Shown here: positions 53,797 to 64,000 of the stretch, piece by piece
Numbering within the stretch: the first letter of the stretch is position 1
Layout: each line of letters starts with the position of its first letter
Origin: an uncultured Spirochaetota bacterium
Lineage (GTDB): Bacteria > Spirochaetota > Brevinematia > Brevinematales > JAOACQ01
DNA length: 64,000 nucleotides
Assembly (NCBI GenBank): GCA_963783575.1
Contig: CAWAOD010000015.1
Location: 174,236-238,235, forward strand
Direction of reading: 5' to 3'
Translations under genes and position numbers: made by a program
The notes under the pieces: generated by a model
What the model saw: the letters and a program-made list of their open reading frames with translations, nothing else
Told to the model about the DNA's origin: nothing
The model's database searches: none

Positions 53797-54961
53797 CTAA
53801 AAACGAAAGCCGACGGCTGTGAGCGGGTAAATACTCCCCGTTTCTGTTCCATACCGTATACCGACTTCACCGATGAACATCCAAATGTCGGCTTCAAGCA
53901 GAATATCCGGAGAATATGTCAAAGGACCTGTAATAACAAAAACTTCCGGCTTTAACATAAACTGAAAACCATGTTAACTTTAATATCATGAAAGAAGCAT
54001 CCATAGCCGCAGTCGGAATAATGGCGTTTTTCATCCAGACTGATCCTCCGAGAACCGATAGCCGCAGATAATCCAAAGCCTGAAAATCCAAAGCGGCAGA
54101 ACCACCAATACCTCCCAGGAATGCATGTATAGAGCCATAAATTACTCTTTTACCCGCAGGTTTTTCAGCTGGTATAATGAGTTTCATAGTTATTTCCGGG
54201 ATGCTGATGTTTGTTATTACAGCGGGAACTGAAGCTTGTAAAGAACTTAACTCCACATATGTAAGATTCACTGTCTCCCCGTCGGCAATTGTGATATTCG
54301 TACTGTATAATGGATTTCCGGTTGCCGGTTCGGAAAGTATAATGTTAAGAGGAGTTTCCGCCAGCTCGGTTTCATTGTATTTTTCCTGTTTTGATATCTT
54401 TTTCATAAAACGGCCGTTTATGGAGAGACTGTATTCCTTATCGGCCGTAGATTCCACTTCAAGCTTTCCAATCCGGATGACTCTACCGGCAATAAAGGTT
54501 GAAATATTGTAAATCATTTTATCTATCGTATCGAAAATACTTGCATCGGATTCTCCCATATACTGTCTTTTCAATTTAAGTTCGCCTGTCACGGTATCGA
54601 AAACGTAAACGTTGATCTTAATGGTTTCTTTATTTTGATCAATGACATATTCGCCGGCTATGATTTCTTGAACCGATAATAATAAACCTATATCCACGGC
54701 TTTCTCCGGCTGAACCATGTCACTACCCCAAAACTTATTATCTTCCGCGATTTTTTCCGATGCTTCGTAAGCGGTAACATAAAGACCTGGAATCTTGGCC
54801 AGGAATATATTCAGAGAGTGCCCTATAACTTTTCCAGTGCTGTCGTCGGATTTAACTCCCATGTTGATAAATCCCGCAATGGCGACCGATTTATTCTCGG
54901 CTGAATAGCCGGCTGCGAATGAAGCAAATATTAAAAACATTGAAAATAATGAAAATTTCAT
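53797..54961 (-). CDS. exported protein with a TolB-N/CsgG-like N-terminal domain and a probable C-terminal beta-barrel; frameshift near 53940
   Basis: Signal peptide; SVAIAGFIN...IIAGEY...DTVTGE. Removing one T from a T-run extends the frame to ...TAVGFRF*. Confidence 0.65.
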
Positions 54962-55179
54962 AACTTCCTCATTTTAAGTATTATATTTTCAAAAGTTTTA
55001 TGATCGAAAATACTAAACTCTCCCTCTTGGTACCTGAGACTGCCAAAAGATAGGAGGGGTTGGGTCCTTCTCCTCATAATCCGATAATTTTTATTCAACC
55101 CGGTTCCTGATCCGTACTTTCCGTTCCCTGAGTGTATTATGACGTAACCATAGATACAATTGCCATAGCAAGCGCCCGG

Positions 55180-55674
55180 TGATTTGATCGCAGCCTGCGC
55201 ACCGGATAATCCGGTGATCGTTATGGGCCTGGAATTTGTTGCATAAGTCTAATCTGTATTGGTAATGATGACGATGTTTGTCGTCCAGTTGGTCAGGTAG
55301 CTCAAGTTCGTCAGAGTGTTTGTAAGAATAATCAAATTCGTGAGGTAATTGGTCAGGTTATTCCAATTGGTCATCACGCTCCAGTTGGTAAGACTATTCG
55401 TGGTATTATTACTGCTGGCGATAAAGTTTGTAATGTATTGACAAATTAGTTAATACGACAAAATTTGAACTTGATGTATAATTTGTCTGAATCAGAAAAT
55501 TCGTTTCGACTGAAATATTTGTCAGGCAGATTATATTTGTCGGATAAGAGCCGCTTAGGGAGGAACTACTCTGTCCTACCTTTTCATCGACATCGTTCGG
55601 ATTTATGAAAAATGCGCAGGATGTAATAAGAATAACAGATATGAAAATAATAAAATATTGTAACTTTTATTCAT
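55180..55674 (-). pseudogene. decayed paralog of the N-terminus of 51936..53782
   Basis: Frames read TSCAFFINPNDVDEKVGQ, ETNFLIQTNYTS and LTNWSVMTNWNNLTN, with two frameshifts, an in-frame TAG and no LRR region. Confidence 0.8.
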
Positions 55675-55806
55675 ATTTATTCTGCCTTTTAATACTCCGC
55701 ATAACCGATTACTATATGCTTGGAAATATATTCCTGGAATTAAACTGCGGATAGATTATATATTTGAATTTCAGTATAATGAGTATGAGCTTTATGATAG
55801 TAACTA

Positions 55807-56939
55807 GTGCTTAATTGCAATAATAAGCGTTATTAATTATAATCTTAGACATAAAAAAGGAGGTTGTATGTCTAAGAAAACGCAAGTTATAACATGCACC
55901 AAAGCGGATGAAATTATTCTTGATAGTTGGGTGAGAAGCCGAACTATGGAAGCGCGACTTGTAGAGAGGGCGAAAATAATTGTCAATAGCCTGAAAGGAC
56001 AAAATGTATCTGAGATTGCGGCTGACCTTCACATAAGACCAAATACGGTTATTGATTGGAAAAAAAGATTTCAGCAAAAAGGAATTGATGGATTGTATGA
56101 TCTGCCCAGGTCAGGAAAGCCAAAAATATATGGGCAGAATTTCAGGGACAAAGTTTTAGAAACTCTGGAAAAAACACCGCCTATCGGGCAGGCAATTTGG
56201 GATGGTCCGGCTTTAGCAAAACATTTAAACACATCAACGCATGCGGTATGGAGGGTTTTAAGAAAAGAAGGAATTTGCTTATCCCGACAGCGAAGTTGGT
56301 GTGTCAGCACTGATCCTGGATTTTCGACAAAAGCCACAAATATTATTGGGTTGTATTTAAATCCGCCGATGAATGCATTGGTTATATCTGTAGACGAAAA
56401 ACCTGGTATTCAAGCGTTGGAAAGGACAACCGGCTATGTAGAGACGGATAATGGAAAAATTGTAAGAGGATACAAAAGTACATATAAAAGAAATGGAACG
56501 CTGAACCTATTTGCTGCGCTGGAAGTAGCTACAGGGTTAATACACACCCAAACTACTGAATACAAAAGACGTATTGAATTTCTTGAGTTTATGGATAGAG
56601 TGGTGGTAGATGTTTCAAAAGATAAAGAAATTCATGTAATTTTAGACAATTATTGTATTCACAAAAAGAACGATGAATGGTTATCCCGGAATAAGAATGT
56701 TTTTTTTCATTACACGCCTACTTCGGCAAGTTGGTTAAATCAGGTGGAAATATGGTTTGGTATTATGAGCCGAAAAGCTCTTAGAGGCGCCAGTTTTAAA
56801 AACACGGAAGAATTGAGAGAAGCAATAGATGCATTTGTTAAAGCATACACTGAAACCGCAAAACCTTTTGTGTGGAGAAAACGGGAAGTGAAAGGTTCTC
56901 AATTAAGAAATACTATCGTTAACTTACGCATTTAAGCAC
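55807..56939 (+). mobile_element. IS630-family element, copy 2 (1133 bp; transposase 55868..56935)
   Basis: Same IRs and CTAG target; the protein differs from copy 1 at two residues (PEFS/PGFS and terminal N/I). Confidence 0.93.
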
Positions 56940-57531
56940 TAGCATCGCCTCAGGCGATAACGCAGTATTCTTTGCCTCTGGATCAAGTTTATACGGTATG
57001 GATGTGAATCCGTAAATATCAGCAATTAGAATTGATGCCAGGGGACGATCCAATTTTGTCAGGAATTGGTTCATTTATACTCTTCCTGGATAAACGGGAA
57101 GAGTTAACTATTTTAAGTTATTATAGATAAATGTTTATTTTTTGTCAAACTGTTTGTTGATAAAATAAAAACGGCAGAAAAGGTTCTTTCTAGAAACAGA
57201 GCATGGGATACGCATAACGTCAAAGACAATGCGGATTTCACTCTCATTGAAGTGAATCAACATATATTTCATAAAAATCTTCACATTTACTGAAATAAGA
57301 CTTTTTAGAAACAGAGTCGAAATTCGCAAAGTATCAAAGACACTATGGATCATCCCCCCTGCCATTCCTAAGAATTCTCTCAATAAAATTCTATATTTTA
57401 TATATCGAAGTCGTTCCCTGAGCAATTGCTTTGTCAAATTAACCTCATATATATCATTTAAGAGTTTATTTTGATTGCAGTGTTTGAAAAAAGTCTTTAA
57501 ATAATTGAACACAAATTAATCATTACCATTG

Positions 57532-57562
57532 AAAACGGCCGCGGTTTATTGCCGCGGCCGTT
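57532..57562 (-). terminator. intrinsic terminator downstream of 57598..58395
   Basis: AACGGCCGCGG-7 nt-CCGCGGCCGTT stem ending in a T-run on the minus strand. Confidence 0.7.
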
Positions 57563-57597
57563 CGATTTTTCCATTTGTTTCCTATGATTCCAAGGTC

Positions 57598-58395
57598 TTA
57601 ATATCCGGGCCAAATCCATCCATACCATACCGAACCATTATAAACATTGGGATCGGTAATACTATGATAGGTGGTTATGGATGCCGCAGTTTTCGGGTAG
57701 CTGCCAGTCACTAATAAGCCCACAACAGTGCAGCCGTTCGTATTATAGACAGTATTCCCAAGCTGAACACCGCTATCAACAATTGCTATAGTCTGGCTGG
57801 CAGCCATGAATGGCGATGTTGTATGCACTGAACTGCTTCCTGTCTTAACATTGAAATAAATAGCGTAATAATCATCTAATAAATTTTGTGATGCATAATT
57901 AAAACTGAACCAGGGTGTTGAGCAGGTGTTAACAGTAACGTGCAATGAATATATATGAGATAAAGTTTGTGTGGCATAATTAGGTATAGATGATGTACTA
58001 GTCCAATAACCTATTTGTTGACTGACTCCGTTTAAATAAATGTTTCTTGATTCTGATACGTTAGTGACGGATGTTGTAAGCTCCTTTTCAATAACGAATT
58101 TCTGATAATCATTTCCAAACTGTTTCTGCAAGAGGGTCTCAACCCTGTCTTTAATAAGATTAGCTTGCTCCAAACTGACAGTTTTTCCATTGGTGAGCGC
58201 TGACGGATCAGAGCCTGTCACATCATTGATAATCTGGTACACCTGCGGTTTCATAGCGTCCAGCTGCTCTTTTTCCTGGCCGGTGACGGCGGTCCCATTG
58301 GACGGTGTCCCAGCAGGCTGCTGAATCTGGCACGAAGACATTAATACCGTGCAAAAGATTGCGCACATAGTACTAATTTTCCATAAAACTTTCAT
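57598..58395 (-). CDS. hypothetical lipoprotein
   Basis: AGGAGG RBS; lipobox LMSSC. Confidence 0.75.
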   Translation of the reverse strand: MKVLWKISTMCAIFCTVLMSSCQIQQPAGTPSNGTAVTGQEKEQLDAMKPQVYQIINDVTGSDPSALTNGKTVSLEQANLIKDRVETLLQKQFGNDYQKFVIEKELTTSVTNVSESRNIYLNGVSQQIGYWTSTSSIPNYATQTLSHIYSLHVTVNTCSTPWFSFNYASQNLLDDYYAIYFNVKTGSSSVHTTSPFMAASQTIAIVDSGVQLGNTVYNTNGCTVVGLLVTGSYPKTAASITTYHSITDPNVYNGSVWYGWIWPGY

Positions 58396-58501
58396 CTGTT
58401 CCTCCTTTTATTATTGATTAATTTGAATCTGTTTTAATTATAGATGTTAATTTGAGATTTCCCAAATGACTCATAATTTTGTCACTCCCGATTCAATTCT
58501 A

Positions 58502-58783
58502 TTATGATTCTGTTTCATCGATAAAACTGGTGAATGAAATCAGGTCTTTATGCTGCAGTATAACGTAATCTTTTATAAATGGTTTGATATATTTGATGAA
58601 AGCTCCTGTCCAATAGCTTTTCTCAATGCCGATGACAGTCTTATTATCCAGCTCTATTAAAAAGTCCTTCATACCGTTTTCATTTCTGTGGTAGCTTTGA
58701 ATTTTATGTACGCCACTTTCTTCGATATGAGCAATGAAAAAGCTACTACCGATAGAGATGCCAATTTTTTTTGATGAACCCAT
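58502..58783 (-). CDS. small protein resembling the N-terminal RuvC-like (DEDD) domain of IS110 transposases
   Basis: KIGISIGSSFFIAHI...VIGIEKSYW...YVILQH matches the GID..(V/I)E..V.P layout but has Ser in place of the first Asp. GGGGG RBS before the ATG at 58783. Confidence 0.5.
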   Translation of the reverse strand: MGSSKKIGISIGSSFFIAHIEESGVHKIQSYHRNENGMKDFLIELDNKTVIGIEKSYWTGAFIKYIKPFIKDYVILQHKDLISFTSFIDETES

Positions 58784-58821
58784 TTTCATCCCCCGTAAAT
58801 TGTTAATTATTAGCGTATTAT

Positions 58822-58838
58822 TGCAAATAGCATTCCAA
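58822..58838 (-). promoter_or_regulatory. candidate sigma54 (-24/-12) promoter
   Basis: Minus strand TTGGAATGCTATTTGCA with exact GG-N10-GC spacing, directly downstream of a sigma54 activator gene. Confidence 0.65.
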
Positions 58839-59003
58839 TTTATTGTCACAGATCTGATAATTACTCTTAATTGAAGTTATTGTCATTAATTAAAAAGAAT
58901 TGAAATTTATTTTCATTTATTGTTTCAATTTTTTAAGAGTGTTTTAATATCTGACGGTTGTTGTAAAATTCGACATAAATCCGGAAAACTGACAAATTTT
59001 CAG

Positions 59004-62000
59004 TCATTCAATATCGAATTCTTTCATCTTGTAATAGAGTGTGGTGCGTTTTATTCCCAGTAATTTGGCTGCCATGGTCCGGTTCCCTTCCGCTTTTTTA
59101 AGAGATGCTAAAATTATTTTTTTTGTATACCGGTTAAGAAGCTCATCCAGGGTGCCATCCAGGGCTTCTTCCTGGAGACTTTCATTTCCAGGAATTGGGT
59201 AGGATTTATCATTAACTTCCTTTTCAGGCTTAATATTTTCAAACAAGCCCGGTGGAAGATCGGTCAGCTTCAAGATATCACTATCCTTTTCTTTTCTTGA
59301 GGAAACGATAGCCAGGGTCCTGATCACAAGATTTTCCATTTCCCTTATATTTCCGGGCCAATAATAACCGTTTAGCTTTTCCATTACTCCTTTTTCCATT
59401 CTGACCGGGACCTCAATTTGAAATTCTTTTGTGTATTTCCGGATAAAATGATCCAGCAATACAGGTATGTCTTTTTTTCTTTCCCTGAGCGATGGAAGAT
59501 GTATATTGAATACGCTGATGCGATAATACAGATCTTCTCTAAAAGTACCTTCACCGATCATTTTCCAGATGTCCCTGTTAGCCGCAAAAACAAAACGGCA
59601 TTCCGATGAAAGCACCTTGCGGCCTCCAATAGGAGTATACTGGTTCTCCTGCAGAAGACGGAGCATTTTGGATTGAATTTCGAGGGGCATTTCCCCGATC
59701 TCGTCAAAAAAGAGAGTCCCTTTTCCGGCTGTTGAAACAAGGCCTTCCCGGTTTGTTTTCGCGTCCGTGAATGCGCCTTTGATATGTCCGAAAAGCTCGG
59801 ATTCCCAGAGTGTTTGCGGGATAGTTGCACAGTTAACGGCAATAAAAGGCTCATTTTTATGTTTTCCAGTATTATGGATAAGCTTGGCGATTAGTTCCTT
59901 TCCTGTGCCGGTTTCCCCCGTTATCAGAATTGGTCTTGATATTAGGACCACCTGGTTTACTTTATCAACAACTTCCTGCATTTCCTGGCTCCTAAAAACA
60001 ATGGTGTTTTTATCATCAAGAAGCTTTTCCTGTCTTTGGGATATATGGACAGTCAGTTTTTCCACCTCATCTTCGATACGGCTTTTAATCGCGTTAGTCC
60101 GTTCATACAACCTGGCATTTTCTATGGAGATGGCAGCCTGGGTCGTAATCGCTTCCAGAATTTCCACATCCTCGCTTGAAAAGATAGAAACGGATAAGGG
60201 ATTATCAAAATAGCAGACACCTATGATTTTTTCATGGCGCTTGATAGGAATACAGAGGATAGATTTCAGTTCGTACTGAATAACGCTGTTGAATTCCGAT
60301 AACTTTTCGTCTTTCCCCGCGTTGGCCGAAAGAATAACCTCACCCGTATTGAAAACTTTCTCGACAATATTCATAGAGAACTGGTCCTGCCGGAAAGGCG
60401 GAATGTCTTTGTCCTTGTAATCATGGATATCGGATTTGACGCGCAATTCCAGAATGCCGCTTTCTTCGTTTTTTATGAACAAGTAACCTCTCTGAGCTCC
60501 GATCGTCTCCATAGCCAGGGATACGATATTATTAAGAAGCTGGTCGAGATGAAGGATTGAACTAATGGTTTGAGTTACTTTTATTATCGAGGACAATCTT
60601 TCTCTATTCTTTAAATGTTGAATGGAATCGACGGCTTCTTCCTCCCGGCCATTTTCACTAATTCCAAGAATATCGGAAACCCTTTTTAAATAGTCTGCGG
60701 ACCCGATTTCCTTGAAAAGAATGTAAGCGGATTCAAGGTTTTTTTTGGCTTCCCCGAATTTTCCTGTGTTTTTCAGAAAGAGCGCGTACTCATAATGGCT
60801 TTTTCCTGATTCGTATTTTTGGCCCAATCGGTCTGCAAGTTGGATGCTTTGTAAAAATAGTTTTTCTGCTTTCTGTATTTTTCCGGTCAAAGTGTAATAT
60901 TTGCCGCTCACTCTCAATGCTTCCGTATAAAGAACCAGCCAGGATTTTGTTTTATGGAGGGCTTTATTAGTGATTTTTTTTATAGGGATAAGGTTCTCTG
61001 TCAAGGCAATCTTTTTGATTGAAGTATCATGATTAAATTCTTTTTTATATTTTTCTATTAAAGTGTCCGCAAGAGAGGGATAAACATATTCGGAGTATTG
61101 TTTCAGGAAATGGTTCTTCTCGTTGATATTCCTGGATTCATTCAGATACTCGATGGATTTGTCATAATCTTTCATTTCCTTATAAATTCTTCCAAGATTT
61201 AATGTTGTGAAACACTTAACAAAGTCAAATCTGTTTCCCTCAATTATTTTTAATACTTCATCATAGTCATTTATGGCTGATTGATAATCTCCCTTAATGT
61301 AGTCGATCAGGGAATAGTGATCCAGAACATTGCATTTACCATTATTATCATTCAATTGCCTGCTGATATTAAAGTACAATTGAAGAAATTCCATACCTTT
61401 ACTGCAGTTACCCCGGTAAATATGATTAAGAGACAGCCCGTTATAAACCATACTCAGTTCCCACAAATCGCCTATTCTTTTAAATATCGTTGCACTTTCT
61501 TCGAAATAGCGGCTGCTTGTTTCAAACTCGCCTTTCCATTGGTAACAAAAACCTAACCACATAAGGGATTGGGCACATCCCCAAGTGTCGTCCATCTCTT
61601 TCCTGTACTCCAGGGCCTTATTGTGGAACTTTATCGCCTGCTTAAACAGCGGAACGGCCATACAGACACTGGCGAATCCGCCAATGCATACACTAAGCTC
61701 TGTAGAATTTCCTATTTTACTTTCGGACAGATTCAATATCCTTAAGGTTGTGCTGACTGATTTCAATACATCCGTCAGGAAGTACATCCAGGTCAGACTC
61801 TTATAAAAGCCAATAATCAGTTTATATTTATCTTCTTCAGGGTTTCTTTTTTTTCTGAAGAAGAGTGCTGGAAAGAAGTTATGTAAATTGTGCAGGATCA
61901 ATTCCTTTAAAATTCTCAGAATTACGAAAGCATTCCTGATCGGCAGTTTTTCTCCCAGTATGGATAAACCGATCCTTCCGTATTCTTCGCAATTTCTCCA

Positions 62001-64000
62001 ATCCCCTTTTTTAAAATAGGCTTCGCTTGTCTTTTTGTACACATCAGCAATATCAAGTTTAGTGCTGATAAAAGAAAGTAATCTGTTATTGATTTCTATA
62101 GCTTCATCGTTTTTTCCTATAATCAGGTAAATTTCACTGATATTTTTATTAGTGTTGACCCATAATTTTCTTTCCTCTTTTATTTTTTTCTCAGCCAGGG
62201 TATTAACCTGTAAAAAATATTTTAATGCTTCTTCATAGGCAAAGTTTTCCTTGGCTTTCAGGCCTGCGGGGTATCCGTATTCCAGGATCTTCGCATCATT
62301 TTTACCTTCAATATAATGATAGATCAAGTCAAAGACAATTTTATCCTTTTCATTCGGATATAAACTTTCCAGCATCATTCCTATCTGCATATGCAGGCCT
62401 TTCTTTTCTTCCTCGCCAAGTTTCCTATAAAACGCTTCCTTTATTCTGTCATGCGCAAAAAGTATTTTCCCATTTTCCTGCAAATCCTCCTCCAGCAACT
62501 GGAGATGAATAGCCCTGTCCACTATCCCGATAATCTCCGATGCTTCGTAATCCAGAAGACGAAACAGCACTTCCACATCAAACTTTCTTCCGATGACCGC
62601 AGCAAAAGACAAAACGCGGGATTCTTTATCACTGAGTAATGAAATCCTCTTCATAACAACATCTAATATCGTGGGAGCTATCTTGGTCTTATCCAGAATT
62701 TCCTGATCGATTACCCAGCCTTTCTCTTTGTAATAAATCACTTTTTCATCTACAAATTGTTTTAATATTTCAATCGTAAAGAATGGATTACCTTTACTTT
62801 TCTGATAAATAATTCCGGATATTTCATCAATATTTTCTTCTTTTGCGTACAAAAGCGAACTGACAAAACTGTGATTCATAGTTTTGTTAAAAGTTTCCAG
62901 GTAAATTTCAGTAAAAGACGCTTGCTTTCCAGCGCTTCCTTCCGATACACGCTTACCCGGTGTTCATAATTAACTTCATCGTTCCGGTATGTCCCGACAA
63001 TCAGGAGCGGGTATTTGCCCATCTCTTCCGATAGCTCGCTTAAGAGATCCATACTTCCATCGTCAACCCATTGCAGATCGTCCAGCAATAGTACCAACCC
63101 ATTTTCTACAATGCTCAGGTTCAATATAAACTGGGCTGCAACCATCAAAAACCGTTTCTTCTCCCTTTCCGCCTCCAGCCTAACCAATTCTTCGCTGTTT
63201 TCAAAGATTACCGAAAACGAGGCACTCAAATTGAAGAATAATTCCGCTCAGATTTCCTGTCATTTCGATGAGTTCATTTTTAATTTTCAGTTTTTTTTCA
63301 TCAGGGTAGTCCTGGTATATCTTTAAATAGATATTAAGGGCATCTTTTATTGCTCCGTAAGGGGTCTTGCTTTTTCCCGAAAAACATTTGCCATAAATAA
63401 AAAGCCCTCCTATGGAATAAACGAAGCTTCTTAATTCCTCTACGAGTCTTGTTTTTCCTTTACCCGCCTCACCGCTGATCAGGCAGACATTACCTTTATT
63501 ATCCAGCGCTTTGCCATATAAGCTCATTAGATTTTTTAGTTCCGCTTCGCGGGATATCAGCCCGGTTTTAAACGAAAGCCTTATCTGTTTGTCATTCAAC
63601 CCCAGAGGAAAATTATGCATGCCTTTTTGATATTTTTCCAGATCGTCCATTAGTCCTTTAGCGGACAGGTAACGGTTATCCGGTTCTTTTTCCAGGAGTT
63701 TCAATATAATACTTTCAAGTATTTCAGGAATAACCGTATTGTATTTAGAGGGAGGATCGGGAAGCATGGCAATCTGCTGGTGGATAATAGAGCTGATGCT
63801 CGTTACTTCAAAAGGCAAAACTCCGGTAAAGAGCTGGTATAAAATAATGCCCAGGGAATATAAATCGCTTCTCTCATCAATGCTTCTCCTTGTAACACCG
63901 AAATGCTCCGGCAACATATAGCTGAAAGTGCCGGCGATCTTGTCCTGTTCCTTTATCGACGAAAACTCTTTTACAAGCGCCATTCCAAAATCAATGATCG
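59004..64000 (-). CDS. Ser/Thr kinase - AAA/STAND ATPase - TPR - GAF - sigma54 activator - Fis HTH protein; 5' end outside the window; frameshifts near 63225 and 62905
   Basis: IDFG, RSDLYSLG, GEAGKGKT, LDDLQW and GNPFF motifs; TPRs; GAF domain; GETGTGKE, GAFTDA, FREDLYYR, WPGNIRE and C-terminal HTH. Confidence 0.9.

Noticed and set aside
57135..57512. 125-aa ORF
   Set aside because: No recognisable motif or RBS; it lies beyond a terminator in an AT-rich region next to an IS.

Overview
A 64 kb window from an AT-rich bacterial chromosome, most likely a Spirochaetota member (fliJ next to an FlbB-like collar gene; many Ser-tethered lipoproteins). It mixes a housekeeping block (about 32-48.7 kb: thrC, flbB-slt-fliJ, aminotransferase, coaBC, ruvC, tRNA-Ser(UGA)) with accessory regions. 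These are: (i) a tandem array of five lipoproteins, three with transglutaminase-like domains and one with a gluzincin domain (4.3-13.5 kb); (ii) a LuxR / PD40-pair / DUF362 locus, a class III cyclase and a GH9; (iii) a mobile hotspot at 22-32 kb with integron-type attC sites but no integrase, two copies of a promoter module each followed by a cassette-like gene (MBL hydrolase; DUF262-HNH), and IS630, IS21 and IS1182 elements; (iv) an integrase-less segment next to tRNA-Ser bounded by repeats that carry a covarying GNA-loop hairpin; (v) a BspA-LRR lipoprotein, its decayed paralog and a second IS630 copy; (vi) a very large kinase-ATPase-TPR-GAF-sigma54 activator followed by a -24/-12 promoter, a small IS110-like ORF and a lipoprotein. 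About a dozen single-base frameshifts split otherwise intact genes and are probably read/assembly errors. No CRISPR array or rRNA was seen. All calls are by eye; no database searches were run.
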